This document shows positions 43,392 through 58,589 of a stretch of DNA of 64,000 nt, piece by piece. A program made the position numbers and the translations under genes. Position 1 is the stretch's first letter, and each line of letters begins with the position of its first letter. Source of the DNA: Octopus vulgaris (Eukaryota); assembly GCA_951406725.2 (NCBI GenBank), contig OX597837.1, positions 38,068,001-38,132,000 of the forward strand, given 5' to 3'. Under the pieces are notes generated by a model. It did no database searches. It worked only from the letters and a program-made list of their open reading frames with translations, and was not told the DNA's origin.

Positions 43392-43937
43392 TTTAGTAAC
43401 AGAGTGAATACCAAAGAAATTTAAAAGAAAAATTAATATCCGTACCAAAGTCAAAGAATTGAAAAGATTGCGGAAGTCAAAACCGATAATTATTGGTTTA
43501 AAATTTTGGTACAAGTCCAGCAGTTTTGGGGGAGGTGGTAAGTCGATTACATTGACCCCAATAACCAACTGGTATTTATTTTATCGACCCCGAAAGGATA
43601 AAAGACTAAGTGGCCTCGGCGTAATTCGAACTCAGAACATAAAGATGTGCGAAATGCCGTTACGCTTTTTTTTTTTTTTTTCTGCTTGGCGTGCTAACGA
43701 TTCTGCCAGATCGTCGCCTTTAAAAGAAAGCTGTCAATTATTCGTATGGTAATTGGTACATTCGGCACAACAACCAAACTACTATCTAAATGACTGAAGG
43801 ATGTTGGATCTAAGACAGGTATTGTCGACCTGTGGAAGAGTAGAATCCGGAGAAAGATTCTTCAGATTTGCGAAGACTTGAGGTGAATGAAAGACAACGC
43901 TGAGCGCGGTGAGATTTGAACGGAACATCAACACCTT

Positions 43938-44197
43938 GGTACTACTTAAGAACCGTGGTCCCATTGCGCGTACTCGCGTAGTCGCGGATCCGCGCTAGCT
44001 AGTCGTGATTAGTCGATCCTACAACGACTACCTAGCAAAGTAGATAAAATACAAAATAAATAATTTTTTTACACAAAGTAAATAATTTTTGTTAAAACAC
44101 AAAAACACAAAGTAAGGATCGACTAGTCATGACTAGCTAGCGCGGATGCGCGAGCATGCGAGTGCGTGCACCGGGACCACTGTTCTCAAGTAGTACT
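43938..44197. mobile_element. 260-bp MITE with 83-bp TIRs and 9-bp target duplication
   Basis: 43938-44020 vs 44115-44197 are reverse complements (70/83). Flanks are CAACACCTT (43929-43937) and CAACACTTT (44198-44206). Confidence 0.9.
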
Positions 44198-44287
44198 CAA
44201 CACTTTGAAGTATTCTTTACGACGCTCTAACGATTCTACCAAATAATATTGATGATGATGATGATGATAATGATGACGATGACGTTG

Positions 44288-44363
<76 letters not shown>

Positions 44364-46524
44364 TAATAATAATAAAAATAATAATAATAATAATGATACT
44401 AATAATAATAATAATCATCCTTTCTATTATAGGCACAATACCTTAAAGTTTGGGTGAGAGATTACTCGATCACATCGACCCCAGTATTTCACTGGTACTT
44501 AATTTATCGACGCCGAAAAGATAAAAGACAAAGTCGACCTCGGCGGAATTTGAAATTATAACAACGACGACGACGACGATGATGATGGTGATGGTGATGA
44601 TGATAATATTGGTCCTTGGGGTTAGTCTCAGAAGGCATCAATCGGGATAGAAAGGAAAATTCGGATTAGAGTGGCCAGTAGAACTGTTACAAAAAGGTTG
44701 CCTTATCGGAATGGCCAAAATAATCAAGAAAGAACTGAAAAAAAAAGAAGAAAAAACAAACAAAAAGAAAACAGATAGCATGGTACCGTAGGTTGCAGGT
44801 AGTAAGCCCGCTACGAATGCAAGGCTCCAGGGTTCCAACAAAACCTGAGTTGACAAAAAAAAAAAAAAAAAAAAAATTTTTTTCTAATTTATGGTATAAG
44901 GCTAGAGATTTTAAGGGGATGGGTTAAGTCGCTTACATCGATGCAAATGTTCAAGTGCTACTTATATTATCGACCCCGAAAGGATGAAAGGCAAAGTCGA
45001 CCTTGGTGGAATTTGAACTCAGAACGTAAAGTCAGAAGAAATGCCGCTTGGCATTTTGCTCGGCGCGCTAACGATTCTGCCAGCTCGTTGCCTTTCTGCT
45101 AGCTTGCCGCATCCTCTTCCAGCTTGCCGCCTAAATCTACTCAGGCGATGCCAGGGATCGAACCTGGGGGTCTTTCGCACGCAAATGGAAAGGCCCCGAG
45201 TAGTAATAATTCTTTCAAATTTTGATGCAAGGCCAACGATGCTTAGGGAGAGGGGAATCAGTAGATCACATTGAGCCCGCTATTTTGACTGGTGTTTCAT
45301 TTTACCGCTTCCTGGAGGGGAGAAAAGACAAAGATAAACCCGGCGGTAATTAGAACTAAGAAGATAAGAAGAAGTCGGAAGAAATACTGCTAAGCACTTT
45401 GTTCGGTGCCCTACCGATTCTGCTAACCAACGTCCTCAACGATAATTTGTACATTATCACAAAGGGGACGATTGAAAGGCGTGACCAGTCGAAAGAGAGA
45501 ACATTCCCCAGTATTCCTAAACAGAAACAAGTGTGAAAACACGACAGGGGCAACACGACCGTTTTCTAAGTTCCTCCCCGTTTGCATATCACTGTTTCTT
45601 CATATATAAAGCAGCAGAGAAAGTTCCACCCGTTAGGGCTAATCTAGGAACCCAACCCCAGTGATTCCCTATTATTCTATCTACCAAGTATAAGGACCCA
45701 ATTCCACCTCGACCGGCATTCTCGCAGCGAGACAAATCGCACATAGATGTAGGCCTACCCCTCGGGTCACGTTCGCTGTTTTTATTCACCTTACAGCAAT
45801 TGCACTAAGGTGGCACAGAGAAGGGCAAAACCCCCATGTCTCCCTTCAGTTTATTCTCCAACTGAAGCTTCAGAAAGTGGTTGATGGGTTTAATAATGCT
45901 TCATTTATTAAGCATTAAGGTTTTTTAAATACATTGAGGACGGTACAGGACAATACAGTGTGGAGGTTACATAAAAGAGTGTGTAAAAAAGGGGGAAATA
46001 ATTGTTAAAGAAACAATAAATTCCAGACAATAAAGAATTTTCTCAAAGAGGAGACAGGAGACCTACAAAGGCCGATCGTAGAATAATAATTATTATTTCT
46101 ACCCTAGACAGAAGGCCTTGAAAATTTTTTTTGGGGGGAGGGGGGTTAGTCTATTACATCGTCCTAGTGCGTGACTGGTACTTATTTCATCGAACCCGAA
46201 AGGATGAAAGACAAAGTCGACCTGAGCGGAATTTGAACTCAGAACGTAGCGACAGACGAAATACCACTAAGCATTTCGCCCGGCGTTCCAGCGATTCTGC
46301 CAGCTCGCCGCTTTAATGATAATAATAATCTTTTCTACTATAGACAGATGGTCTGAAATTTTGGGGGAAAGGGTAGTCGATTACAACGACCCCAGTGCGT
46401 AACTGGTACTTAATTTATCGACCCCCAGAGGCATTTGAACGCAGAACGTAAAAAGACGGACGAAATACCCGTTAAGCATTTTGCCCGGCATACTAAAGAT
46501 TCTGTCACCTTCCCACTTTAATAT

Positions 46525-46596
<72 letters not shown>

Positions 46597-46753
46597 GAAT
46601 AATAATAATAATAAAATCAACGTGTGTGGCACTTATGGTTGTGCTGCATGTGTCTGGTGTACCCTTATCAGATGGATATATTAGGCTTCGTATATTTATA
46701 CCCGGGGGTCACTTTGATGGCATGCACTGCTCTCTCACTCAATAATGATGATG

Positions 46754-46802
<49 letters not shown>

Positions 46803-47109
46803 TGATGATGATGATGATGATGATGATAATATTAATAATAGAGGCTGTGATGGAAAATGAGAGTTACAAAATTTTGTGAGAGCTTTCCATAAAGACTGAC
46901 CAAACTATTGAAGCAAGGAGACCAGATATGATGACAGAGGACAAAATAAACAAACTGCGTAAGATAACTGATTTTGCAATTCCCTGTGATAGCAGAACCG
47001 ATTGGCAAAGAAGCGGAGAAAATTGGGAAATATTAGGATTTAGCCTGAGAGTTGAGAAACCGTGGAAGACCAAGACAACAAAAAATCCCGTGGTATTTAA
47101 TTTACTAAG

Positions 47110-47500
47110 GCACTCCGTTGGTTACGACGGCGAGGGTTCCAGTTGATCCGATCAACGGAACAGCCTGCTCGTGAAATTAACGTGCAAGTGGTTGAGCACT
47201 CCTCAGACACGTGTACCCATAACGTAGTTCCTTGGGAAGATTCAGCGTGACACAGAGTGTCACAAAGCTGGCCCCTTTGAAATATAAATACAGGTACAAC
47301 AGAAACAGGAAGAAAGAGTGGGAGAAAGTTGTGGTGAAAGAGTACAGCAGGTTTCGCCACCAGCCCTGCTGGAGCCTCGTGGAGCTTTAGGTGTTTTCGC
47401 TCAATAAATAAACACTCACAACGCCTGGTCTGGGAATTGAAATTGCGATCCTATGACCGTGAGTCCGCTGATCTAACCACTAGGCCATTGCACTTCCACA
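47110..47500 (-). mobile_element. tRNA-derived SINE, family D
   Basis: Minus-strand head TGTGGAAGTGCAATGGCCTAGTGGTTAG is shared with 62335-62250; it interrupts a Dong fragment. Confidence 0.75.
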
Positions 47501-48439
47501 GGAATTAATTAGTGCACTTTAATCAACACCCTTGATTCTACCTAAAAGACTGAAGGAAATACTTTTCTACTCTAGGTACAAGGCCCGAAATTTTTGGGGA
47601 GGGGTTCAGTCGATTAGATCGACCCCAGTAGACTTAAATGCCGCTAGGCATTTTGTCCGGCTTGCAAACGATCCTTTTCTAAGACTGAAGGAGATTGAAA
47701 TTAAAAGTAAATTAGTATACGCTGGTGTAGTAGTAGTAGTAGTAACCCTTTCTACTATAGGTACAGGACCTGAAATTTGGTGTGGGAGGAAAGGGGACTA
47801 GTTGATTATTTCGACCCCAGTGTTTTACTAGTACTTAATTTATTGACCCCGAAATGATAAAAGACAAAGTGGACCTCACGGAATTTGAACTCGGAACGTA
47901 ACAGCAAACGAAATACCTATTTCCTTACTGCCCACAAGGAGCTAAACACAGAGAGGACAAACAAGGACAGACAAACGGATTAAGTCGATTATATCGACCC
48001 CAGTGCATAACTGGTACTTATTTAATCGACCCCGAAAGGATGAAAGGCAAAGTCGACCTCGGCGGAATTTGAACTCAGAACGTAACGGTAGACGAAATAG
48101 CGCAAAGCATTTCGCCCGACGTGCTAACGTTTCTGCCAGCTCGCCGCCTAAGAATGAAAGTAAAAAAAAATGACTTTGAACTCAGACCGTACAGACAAAC
48201 GGAAGCTAGTAATTTTAAGGGATAAGGGTTAGTCAATTAAAATGAAACCAGTTCTTGAGAGGTACTTTATTTTATCAACAGCTAAACAGATGAAGGGCAT
48301 TGTCAACCTTGGAGGCATTTCAACTAAGAATGTAAAGAGCCGGAAGAAATGCCTTTAGGTATTTTCTTCCGGAAAGTAATAGTAATAATAATATTAATAG
48401 TACTAGTAGTGGTAGTAGTAGTAGTAGTAGTAGTAGTTT

Positions 48440-48471
<32 letters not shown>

Positions 48472-48521
48472 AGAAAAAGAAGAAGAGTAGTAATAGTAGT
48501 AGTAGTAGTAGTAATAATAGA

Positions 48522-48586
<65 letters not shown>

Positions 48587-48875
48587 TAACGGTTTCAAAC
48601 TTTGGCACAAGACCTGCAATTTCGAGGGGGTGGGGCAAAGTCGATTACACTGACCTTAGTGCTCAACTAGTATTTATTTTCTTCGACCCCGCCCCCTCCC
48701 CCCAGAAGGATGAAAGGTAAAGTCAGTCCCGGCGGTATTTGAACTCAGAAAGTAAAGGGCCGGAAAAAATGCCGCTACACATTTTCTCTGGTGCAATGAT
48801 AATAATAATGATGATAATAATAGCAATAATAATAATAATAATGATAATGATGATGACGACGACGACGACGACGAC

Positions 48876-48910
<35 letters not shown>

Positions 48911-49266
48911 AAAATTTTGGCACATGGCCAGCAATTATGGGATAGGGCGTAAGTCGATTAGATCGACCCCAATAATCAACTGGTACTTAGTTTATCGATC
49001 CCGAAAGGATGAAAGGCAAAGTCGACTTTGGATTTGAACTTAGAACGCAAAGAGCCGGAAGATATGCAGCTAAACATTTATATACTATAAATATATATGG
49101 GTGTGTGTTTCTCCCCCCCACTATCAATAGAAAACCATATGTTGATGTCCTCGTAACGTATCAGTTCGGCAAAAGAGTCCGATAGCATAAGTACAAAGCT
49201 TACAAAGGCGGTGCTCCAGTATGGCCGCAGTCACATGACTGAAGCAAGTAGAAGAATAAAACAATA

Positions 49267-49302
<36 letters not shown>

Positions 49303-49393
49303 TATATCTCACCAGATGGTGTACTCTTTTGTCGAAATTTCCATCACTTAACGATACATCATATATATATATATACACATTATATATTCACAT

Positions 49394-49510
<117 letters not shown>

Positions 49511-49521
49511 ATATATATATA

Positions 49522-49581
<60 letters not shown>

Positions 49582-49654
49582 GTATATATATATGTATATA
49601 TATCGGGAGAGAGAGAGAGAGCGAGAGAGATGGGGAGAGAGTACTGTGATGATG

Positions 49655-49719
<65 letters not shown>

Positions 49720-49952
49720 GATGATGATGATGATAGGTAGAATGCCAGGAACTTGGAACGAAAGTTTCGTTAATTACAACGACCACAGTGTATGAGTGAC
49801 ACTCCCTTTTTAATGAATTCTGATTTGCGAAATTCACCGATGACCTTGACGGGACAGGTTTAAATGCAGAATATGTAAGCACTAGCAACAAATAGCGCAA
49901 AGCAGTTTTGTTCGACGCACTCACGATCCTACCAACCTGCGGCCCTATTAGC

Positions 49953-49993
<41 letters not shown>

Positions 49994-50394
49994 TGATGAT
50001 GATGATGATGATGATTTCTAATTTTTGCCACAAGGGCAGCTTGGTGAAGGGGATTAGGTCGATTACATCGACTCCAGTGTTTTACTGGTACTTAATTTAT
50101 CGACCCTCCCCCTCCAAAAAAAAAAGATGAAAGACAAAGTCGACCTCAGATGAATTTGAACTCAAAACGTAAAAGGACAGGCGAGATGCCGCCGAGCAAT
50201 TTGTCCGATGTTCTTAACGATTCTGCCAGCTGGTCACCTTGATAATAATGATCTCAAAGATTTTGCACAAGGCCAGCAATTTCGAGGACGGGCGGTGAGG
50301 GGGGGTCTTAAAGTCGATTACATTGGTTCCCAGTGTTCAACTGGTATTGGTTTTATCGATCCCGTGAGGATGAAAGGAAAAGTCTTCCTCAGCG

Positions 50395-50457
<63 letters not shown>

Positions 50458-50570
50458 CAACAATAATAATACAAATATACATAAAATAATAGTAATAATA
50501 ATAATAATGTTTATATATGTATGTGTATATATATAAATATAAATATAAATATAAATATAAATATAAATAA

Positions 50571-50627
<57 letters not shown>

Positions 50628-50697
50628 GTAGTAAGCACATAAATGTGAAACAAGGTGGAAAAAAGAGTACTCAAATACCAGAGGTAGAGTAATATAC

Positions 50698-50799
50698 TTT
50701 ATTTAAAAGCAGCAGAAATATAACAAAAGCTGTTAACTCAGAGTTTCACGTTCCCGTTCGTCGGGCAGTTTTGTTAAAATATATTTCTGCTGCTTTTAA

Positions 50800-50804
<5 letters not shown>
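50698..50804 (-). ncRNA. Hammerhead-like fold (CCGACGA core) enclosed in a perfect 25-bp inverted repeat
   Basis: Arms are 50698-50722 and 50780-50804. The minus-strand interior reads AACAAAACUGC-CCGACGA-ACG-GGAA-CGU-GAAA-CUCUGAG-UUA-ACAGCUUUUGUU and is homologous to 21231-21307. Confidence 0.55.
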
Positions 50805-50870
<66 letters not shown>

Positions 50871-50959
50871 TGTATATATAATAGAAATAAAAGCAAAGAC
50901 AACAGTTTAGAAAAAAAAGATAAACAGGCAAGCAAGTGAATTAATAAATATAAGATAAA

Positions 50960-51240
50960 AAAGAAAATTTCCTTGCAATTTCTGGCGTCTTTTCTCGGTT
51001 TCGAAGTAAACGGGTTTTATATCCATCCATGAGCTGAGCAGAAAATTCGGCCAATTACTGAGACGCTGTAGGCTTACTGACCGTTGGCATTGTTATCACG
51101 CCGATACGCTTGCACGCACGCATGCGTGTACGACCAGAGACAACTGTGCGTGTGTGTGTGTGTGTGTGTGTGTTATATATGCATATATATGCGCCCGCTC
51201 AAAGTTAAAGTTATGTTGCAAAAGCAACGCCAATTTCAGA
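50960..51240 (-). promoter_or_regulatory. CpG-rich unique island, candidate promoter or exon
   Basis: TATAAAA on minus (51015-51021), CCAAT at 51051-51055, a minus-strand donor-like CA|GTAAGC near 51075, and high CpG relative to flanks. Confidence 0.3.
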
Positions 51241-51258
51241 CATTATTGTGTGCGTATG

Positions 51259-51315
<57 letters not shown>

Positions 51316-51410
51316 ATGTATATAAGTATATGTATATTTATACACATATCCATCCATTCTTCCATCAATCCACTCATATATATATATATATATGCAAATA
51401 TATATACATG

Positions 51411-51457
<47 letters not shown>

Positions 51458-51482
51458 ATATATATATATGTATATATATATG

Positions 51483-51537
<55 letters not shown>

Positions 51538-51601
51538 GCATATATATATGTATATATATATATGTATATATATATATGCATATATATATGTATAAATATA
51601 G

Positions 51602-51641
<40 letters not shown>

Positions 51642-51747
51642 TTATATATATGTATATATATCAATACATATATATATATTGATATACACACACACACAAA
51701 CACGTATATACATATATATATGTATTGATATATATACATATATATAA

Positions 51748-51794
<47 letters not shown>

Positions 51795-52129
51795 CATACA
51801 TACACATATATATGTATATCTACCTGTGTGCGTGTGTATGTGTTTGCCATAGTTAGGAAATGGAGTTGCATGTTTTACAGTGAGTTTCGCCATAATGTCC
51901 CGTATCATAATTATGCCTGTAGCAATGATCTCCCTCCTCCTTCAACTCCTCCTCTTCCTCCTCCTCCTTTACATCGTCGTCGTCATCATCACCGTCATCC
52001 TCATCGTCACCACCGTCATCATCATCATCATCATCATCACCACCACCACCACCACCACCACCACATATATCAACAATGCACAAGCAAATCTGATCTCCAA
52101 TGAAGCAAATTCAATTTGTGCATGAATGC

Positions 52130-52160
<31 letters not shown>

Positions 52161-52314
52161 TGTATGTATGTATGTATGTATGTATGTATGTATGTATGTA
52201 TGTATGTATGTATGTATGTATGTATGTGCGTATGTATGTATATGTGTTACAAGTGTGTCTGTATGTATATATATATATGCTTGGTAAAATTATTAATTAC
52301 TAATTAATGTCTTT

Positions 52315-52377
<63 letters not shown>

Positions 52378-53259
52378 GTATATGCGCACATAGATAAAAT
52401 TATATATTTGTATTTGTATACACAGACATATATATAAATAATATACATACATATAGTCATACATTCATATATATACATAATACGAGTGTGCATGTGCGTG
52501 TTCATACATACATACATACATACATACACACATACATACATACATATATCTATATCTATATATATATATGTATATATACTTATGTGTGTGTTTATGTATA
52601 TATGTAAGTATATGCATATTTATACATATATATATATATACGATATATCTTTGCATATATACAAAATCATGTAAAGGTCTATACACACACACTCACACAC
52701 ACACATATATATATATACATACATACATACATACATACATATCTATATATGTATATATATATATATATGTATATATATATGTATGTATGTGTATATATAT
52801 ATATATAAATATGTATGTATATATACATGTGTCTTTGATGCTGTATACATAAAGAACGTGACCATGTTGTACAACAGATTGCATTACAAAAAGCATTGTG
52901 CAATAACGTACGTGTAAAATATTGGTCGATATGTAATGTATGTATAATATATATATACATTCCAAATAATCCATATGAATATTCCAAATGTGTTGTTGTT
53001 GTTGTTGTTTCTGTTGCTCTCGTTATTGTATTTTCCTTTTCCATTTTCGTCCCGTTTTTTATTAATTTTTTTCTTTAAATTTTTTTTGCTTTTTCTTTTT
53101 TTTTTTGTTGTTTTTTTTCTTTTTCAGTTTTGTTGGGGGTTTTTTTTTCTGTCAGTTTTGATTTCTGGAACAGAAATTTGTCTTTCAGAATGGAACGGAG
53201 ACCAGATTGGAATGTAGACGTCATCGAATGATTTTGGCGATAAACAAAATGATCGTGTG

Positions 53260-53261
53260 GT

Positions 53262-53312
<51 letters not shown>

Positions 53313-53319
53313 CGATGAC

Positions 53320-53372
<53 letters not shown>

Positions 53373-53508
53373 CGATGATGATGACGATGATGATGATGAC
53401 GATGATGATGACGATGATGATGATGAAGAATATGCAGCTGTTGATGATAATGATGATGTTGAAGATGACGATGATGATGATAATTATTATGATGATGGCT
53501 ATAATAAA

Positions 53509-53542
<34 letters not shown>

Positions 53543-53708
53543 AATGACGACGATGATGATGATCGTACTGGTGTTGTTGTTGTTGGTGGTGGCCGTTGAT
53601 GGTGGAAGTGAAGCTGACGCTGTTGATTATATCGATGAAAATGATGAAAATGATGAAAATGATGATGATGATGATGATGAAGATGATGATGATGATGACA
53701 ACGACGGC

Positions 53709-53742
<34 letters not shown>

Positions 53743-53760
53743 CGGTGCTGACGACGACGT
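53260..53760. repeat. (GAT)n/(GAC)n microsatellite
   Basis: Direct reading of the sequence. Confidence 0.95.
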
Positions 53761-53929
53761 TCATGTTTTTCACTAAAAAATCTCGGTGAAGAACCAATGA
53801 CGTTTGATTTCGTTATTTCGCGGTAAAATGCTGATTTCATTGAAGTATGTATAAACGCATGTGTCGAGAGATGAATGTATATACGCATGTATGTATATAT
53901 ATGCATGTATGTATGTTTGTTTGTGAATG

Positions 53930-53966
<37 letters not shown>

Positions 53967-54133
53967 GCATATATAAATCCTTAAATCCTTAAAAATGTTT
54001 TAGCCCGAAGGCCGCGGCCATGCTGGGGCACCACCGCTGTGTGTATATATATAGTGTATATATATACATATAATTTTTTATATATATATATATATGTATA
54101 CGTGCTTATGAATTCATATATACACACATACAT

Positions 54134-54165
<32 letters not shown>

Positions 54166-54704
54166 GCATATATATATATTCTCGGTCATATGTATGTATA
54201 TATATTTGTGTGTTGCGTATACATTTAAAGTTTTGTATATGTATATATGAAATATAAATGCATTATATATACATATATATATCGTATGTATATGTATATA
54301 TATATATATGTGTGCGTATGTGTCGTACGCGTGTATATGTGTATGTGTGTGCATGTGTATATGCATGTGTGTGTATATATGTTTTTGTGTATATAAGTCT
54401 GCATGTTGTCGGACATTGTGCGTGGCGTACACCGTCTTCTTTCTCCTTATCGCATCTTCTCGTATGGTCCTTTCATATATCTTAATCTTCCATCATATTC
54501 TTTCTGTCTTTCTTTTCTCCATGTTCTTCTTCTTCTTCTCATTCTTCTTCTCCGTCTTCTTCCCAATGTCGTTGCTCCTCCTCCTCCTCCTCCTCCTCCT
54601 CCTCCTCCTTCTTCTTCTTCTTCGCCCTGCTCCTTCCTCTTCCTTTAGTTTGCACGCTTTACTCTCTCTGTCTCTCGCTTGTTTTTTTGTTATCTATCAA
54701 TCTG

Positions 54705-54735
<31 letters not shown>

Positions 54736-55009
54736 ATCTATCACTACCCTTTCTCTCTGTCTCTGTCTCTCTCTCTGTCTCTCTCTCTCTGTCTCTCTCT
54801 CTGTCTCTCTCTCTCTCTCTCTTTCTTTCTCTTTCGCTCTTTCCACGTCAATCCGTACTATGGCGTACACACACATCTGCTCACACATCCAGCCATACAT
54901 GTATATATATATATATATTAATATATACCTCTCTATACACTCAAACAAGATAGATATTTAGACAGAGATATATAACTACACACGTAGAGACAGACAGACA
55001 GACAGACGA

Positions 55010-55305
55010 CTAGAAAGCCGAGAATAGGATATAGAGCTTCCAAAATATGCGTCCAAGCCATGGAAAAGGTCGATAAAATGTGACACGAAATCGCCGTCCC
55101 AAGTTGAGAGAGAGTAAAGTGTGAAATGGAAATGCTGCACATGCGCACTGAAACTCACTTCTAAAGTCGATGTTGTTGTTGCTCCTGCTGTTGTTGTTGT
55201 TGTTGTTGTTGTTTCTGGAGAAGTGTGTGGTGCCACGCCCATCTCCTGACTGAGAAATCTTTCTTTCGGCATTGTATCATGGCGGCGGCGGCGGCGGCGG
55301 CGGTG
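55010..55305 (-). promoter_or_regulatory. Unique island with promoter/first-exon-like motifs
   Basis: GCCACGCCC GC box (55232-55240), minus-strand TCAGTC initiator-like motif (~55250), NRF1-like TGCACATGCGCA (55136-55147), (GGC)n run, and minus-strand donor GAA|GTGAGT near 55158. Confidence 0.35.
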
Positions 55306-55682
55306 ATGGTTGTTGTTGTTGTTGTTGGTGGTGGTGGTGATGGTGATGGTGGAGATGGGAGTGCTTGTTGTTGTTCTAGTTGTTGTTGTTGTTGGTGGTG
55401 GTGGGGAAGATGGGAGTGTTGTTGTTGTTGTTGGCGATGGTGGTGGTGGTGGGGCGATTGCTTGTGGGAGTGTTGGAGGTGTTGGGAGTGATGGAAGTGG
55501 TGGTGGTGGAAGTGATAGCGGTGCTGGAAGCGAGGGAGGAGTAGAAAGAGGAGATGGAGGTGGTGGTGGTGTTGGTGTTGGTGGTGGTGGTGGTAGGTAT
55601 GATGGTGGTGGAGATTGTGGTGGTGATGGTGGCCGTGCTATGTTTGGCCCTGTTGTTGTTGTTAGTGTTGGTGTTGGTAGTT

Positions 55683-55714
<32 letters not shown>

Positions 55715-55829
55715 TATTGCAGTGATGGTGGTGGTGGGAATATTATTGGGGAGGCGATAAAGAAAGAGCGCAGAGGAGAGCTGGAGAGAAAGAGATGGAG
55801 AGAAATAGATACATACACACACACACGCA

Positions 55830-55863
<34 letters not shown>

Positions 55864-56156
55864 ATATATATATATATATATATATATATGTTCACACACA
55901 TACATGTATGTATATATATATATCTATTTAGGGAGAGATAGATAGAGAGAGATATAAATAAACTGATAGATTGATAGATAGAAAGATAGATAGATAGATG
56001 GGGGATTGATATATACATACGTGAGTGAGTGTGAGTGCGTGTGTGTGTGTGTGTGTGTGTGTGTTTGTGTACATATCTAAATATGTATACACACAGATAT
56101 ATATATACATATATATATATATATAAATATATGCATATAGATAGATAGATAGACAG

Positions 56157-56191
<35 letters not shown>

Positions 56192-56221
56192 GATAGATAG
56201 ATAGGTAGATAGATAGATAGG

Positions 56222-56375
<154 letters not shown>

Positions 56376-56646
56376 TAGATAAATAGATAGACAATGAGTA
56401 TGAAAGTCAAGAAGCGAAAGCAGAAACTAAAGAGTGAGAAAGAGAGAGAGAGAGGCAGTAAGATTTTGGAATTTTTAGATTGAAGAAGACAAAAAAAAAA
56501 CCTATCTCTCCCGCCATCCCCACTACAACAAGCACAACTAAAACAACAAAACGAAAGTCGAATTAAAATACAAAGAAACAAAGAAATATAAAAATATATA
56601 AAGCTTACAATTAAACTACATTATATGTATATAAATATATATATAT

Positions 56647-56775
<129 letters not shown>

Positions 56776-56873
56776 TATATGTGTGTGTGTATATATATAT
56801 GTGTGTATATGTATGTATATATATATATGCATATATATAAATGTATATACATACATATGCGTATATGTAAATG

Positions 56874-56907
<34 letters not shown>

Positions 56908-56974
56908 TATATATATACAAATGTATATACATACTCACATACATACATACATACATATATTTTTATCTAAATAA

Positions 56975-57030
<56 letters not shown>

Positions 57031-57034
57031 ATAT

Positions 57035-57152
<118 letters not shown>

Positions 57153-57627
57153 CTTAAATAGAGAAAAGTTTTAATAATTGTGTTTCTGGGTTTTTTAATG
57201 GTTGTTTAAAATTCAAAATGTTAACTAAAAAGAAAAAAAAGATATAAAATAAAGAGAAGAAAGAAGAGAAAGAAGTCACATAAAGAAGAAAAAAGAAAAA
57301 GAACGAGAAACCCCCAAAAAAAACAAACATGAAGAAAGTTATACTATAAGGAATTAAGGGAAAATATTCCGAATGAAATACGAAAATTTATTCAAAACTC
57401 AATTTATACACACACACTCACACACATACACACGCACACACACACACACACACACACACGCACTCTCTCACACACACACATACACACACACACACACATA
57501 TTTATCTACGTATGTATATATGCATGTATATATGTATGTGTGTGTGTACGGGCATATATAAATATATGTATATATGTATATTATATATATATGTATATAT
57601 ATATATATATATAAATGTATGTGTGTG

Positions 57628-57682
<55 letters not shown>

Positions 57683-57804
57683 ATGTATATATATAAATGT
57701 ATGTGTGTGTATGTATATATATATATATGTGTGTGTGTATGTGTATATATATGATAGAATCTGCCTTTCATTTTGTTGTACACGTAACTTCTTACATATA
57801 TACC

Positions 57805-57885
<81 letters not shown>

Positions 57886-57978
57886 GTATGTATGTATATG
57901 TACACATACATACAGGCACATGGATGTGTGTGCGCAAATATTAACACAAGTAAATTGTCTTCTGTTTTTCTCTAAGTC

Positions 57979-58021
<43 letters not shown>

Positions 58022-58331
58022 CTTTCTCTCTTACCTTTCTATTCCCCACTTTTGTACTATCGCACTCTTACACATTCTTTTAGCATACGCACACACACAC
58101 ACACCTACACACTCAGCAAAACACACACACATACACACACACACACACACACATACACACACACACACACACACACATGTACACTAAGTATTAAAAAAAC
58201 AGGAAACAGGGCAAATTATAAGTGTGAATACGCTTGTGTGCATGTATATATGTATGTATATACACACACACATATATATATATATATACACACATATATA
58301 TGTATACATATACACATATATGTGTTTGCAT

Positions 58332-58380
<49 letters not shown>

Positions 58381-58452
58381 AATATATGTATATATATATG
58401 TATATATATACATATATGTATACATATACACATATATGTGTTTGCATACACT

Positions 58453-58506
<54 letters not shown>

Positions 58507-58553
58507 TATATATGTATACATATACACATATATGTGTTTGCATGCACACACAC

Positions 58554-58589
<36 letters not shown>

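Larger units (their letters stand above)
41270..47560 (+). mobile_element. Scattered Dong/R4-like LINE fragments (41270-41540, 42640-42880, 43745-43870, 44610-44740, 46840-47100, 47500-47560)
   Basis: Translations ECWLWLTDGCVKREAEVLF, LVQEEYKCMHNCVGERVHW, EAVMENESYKIL, IEARRPDMM, ITDFAIPCD and LLQKGCLIGMAKII resemble the element at 3030-3900. Confidence 0.7.

Noticed and set aside
45450-46080. Unclassified non-repetitive block inside the SINE nest
   Set aside because: Probably a retroelement UTR or LTR fragment, but I found no diagnostic motif and made no call.
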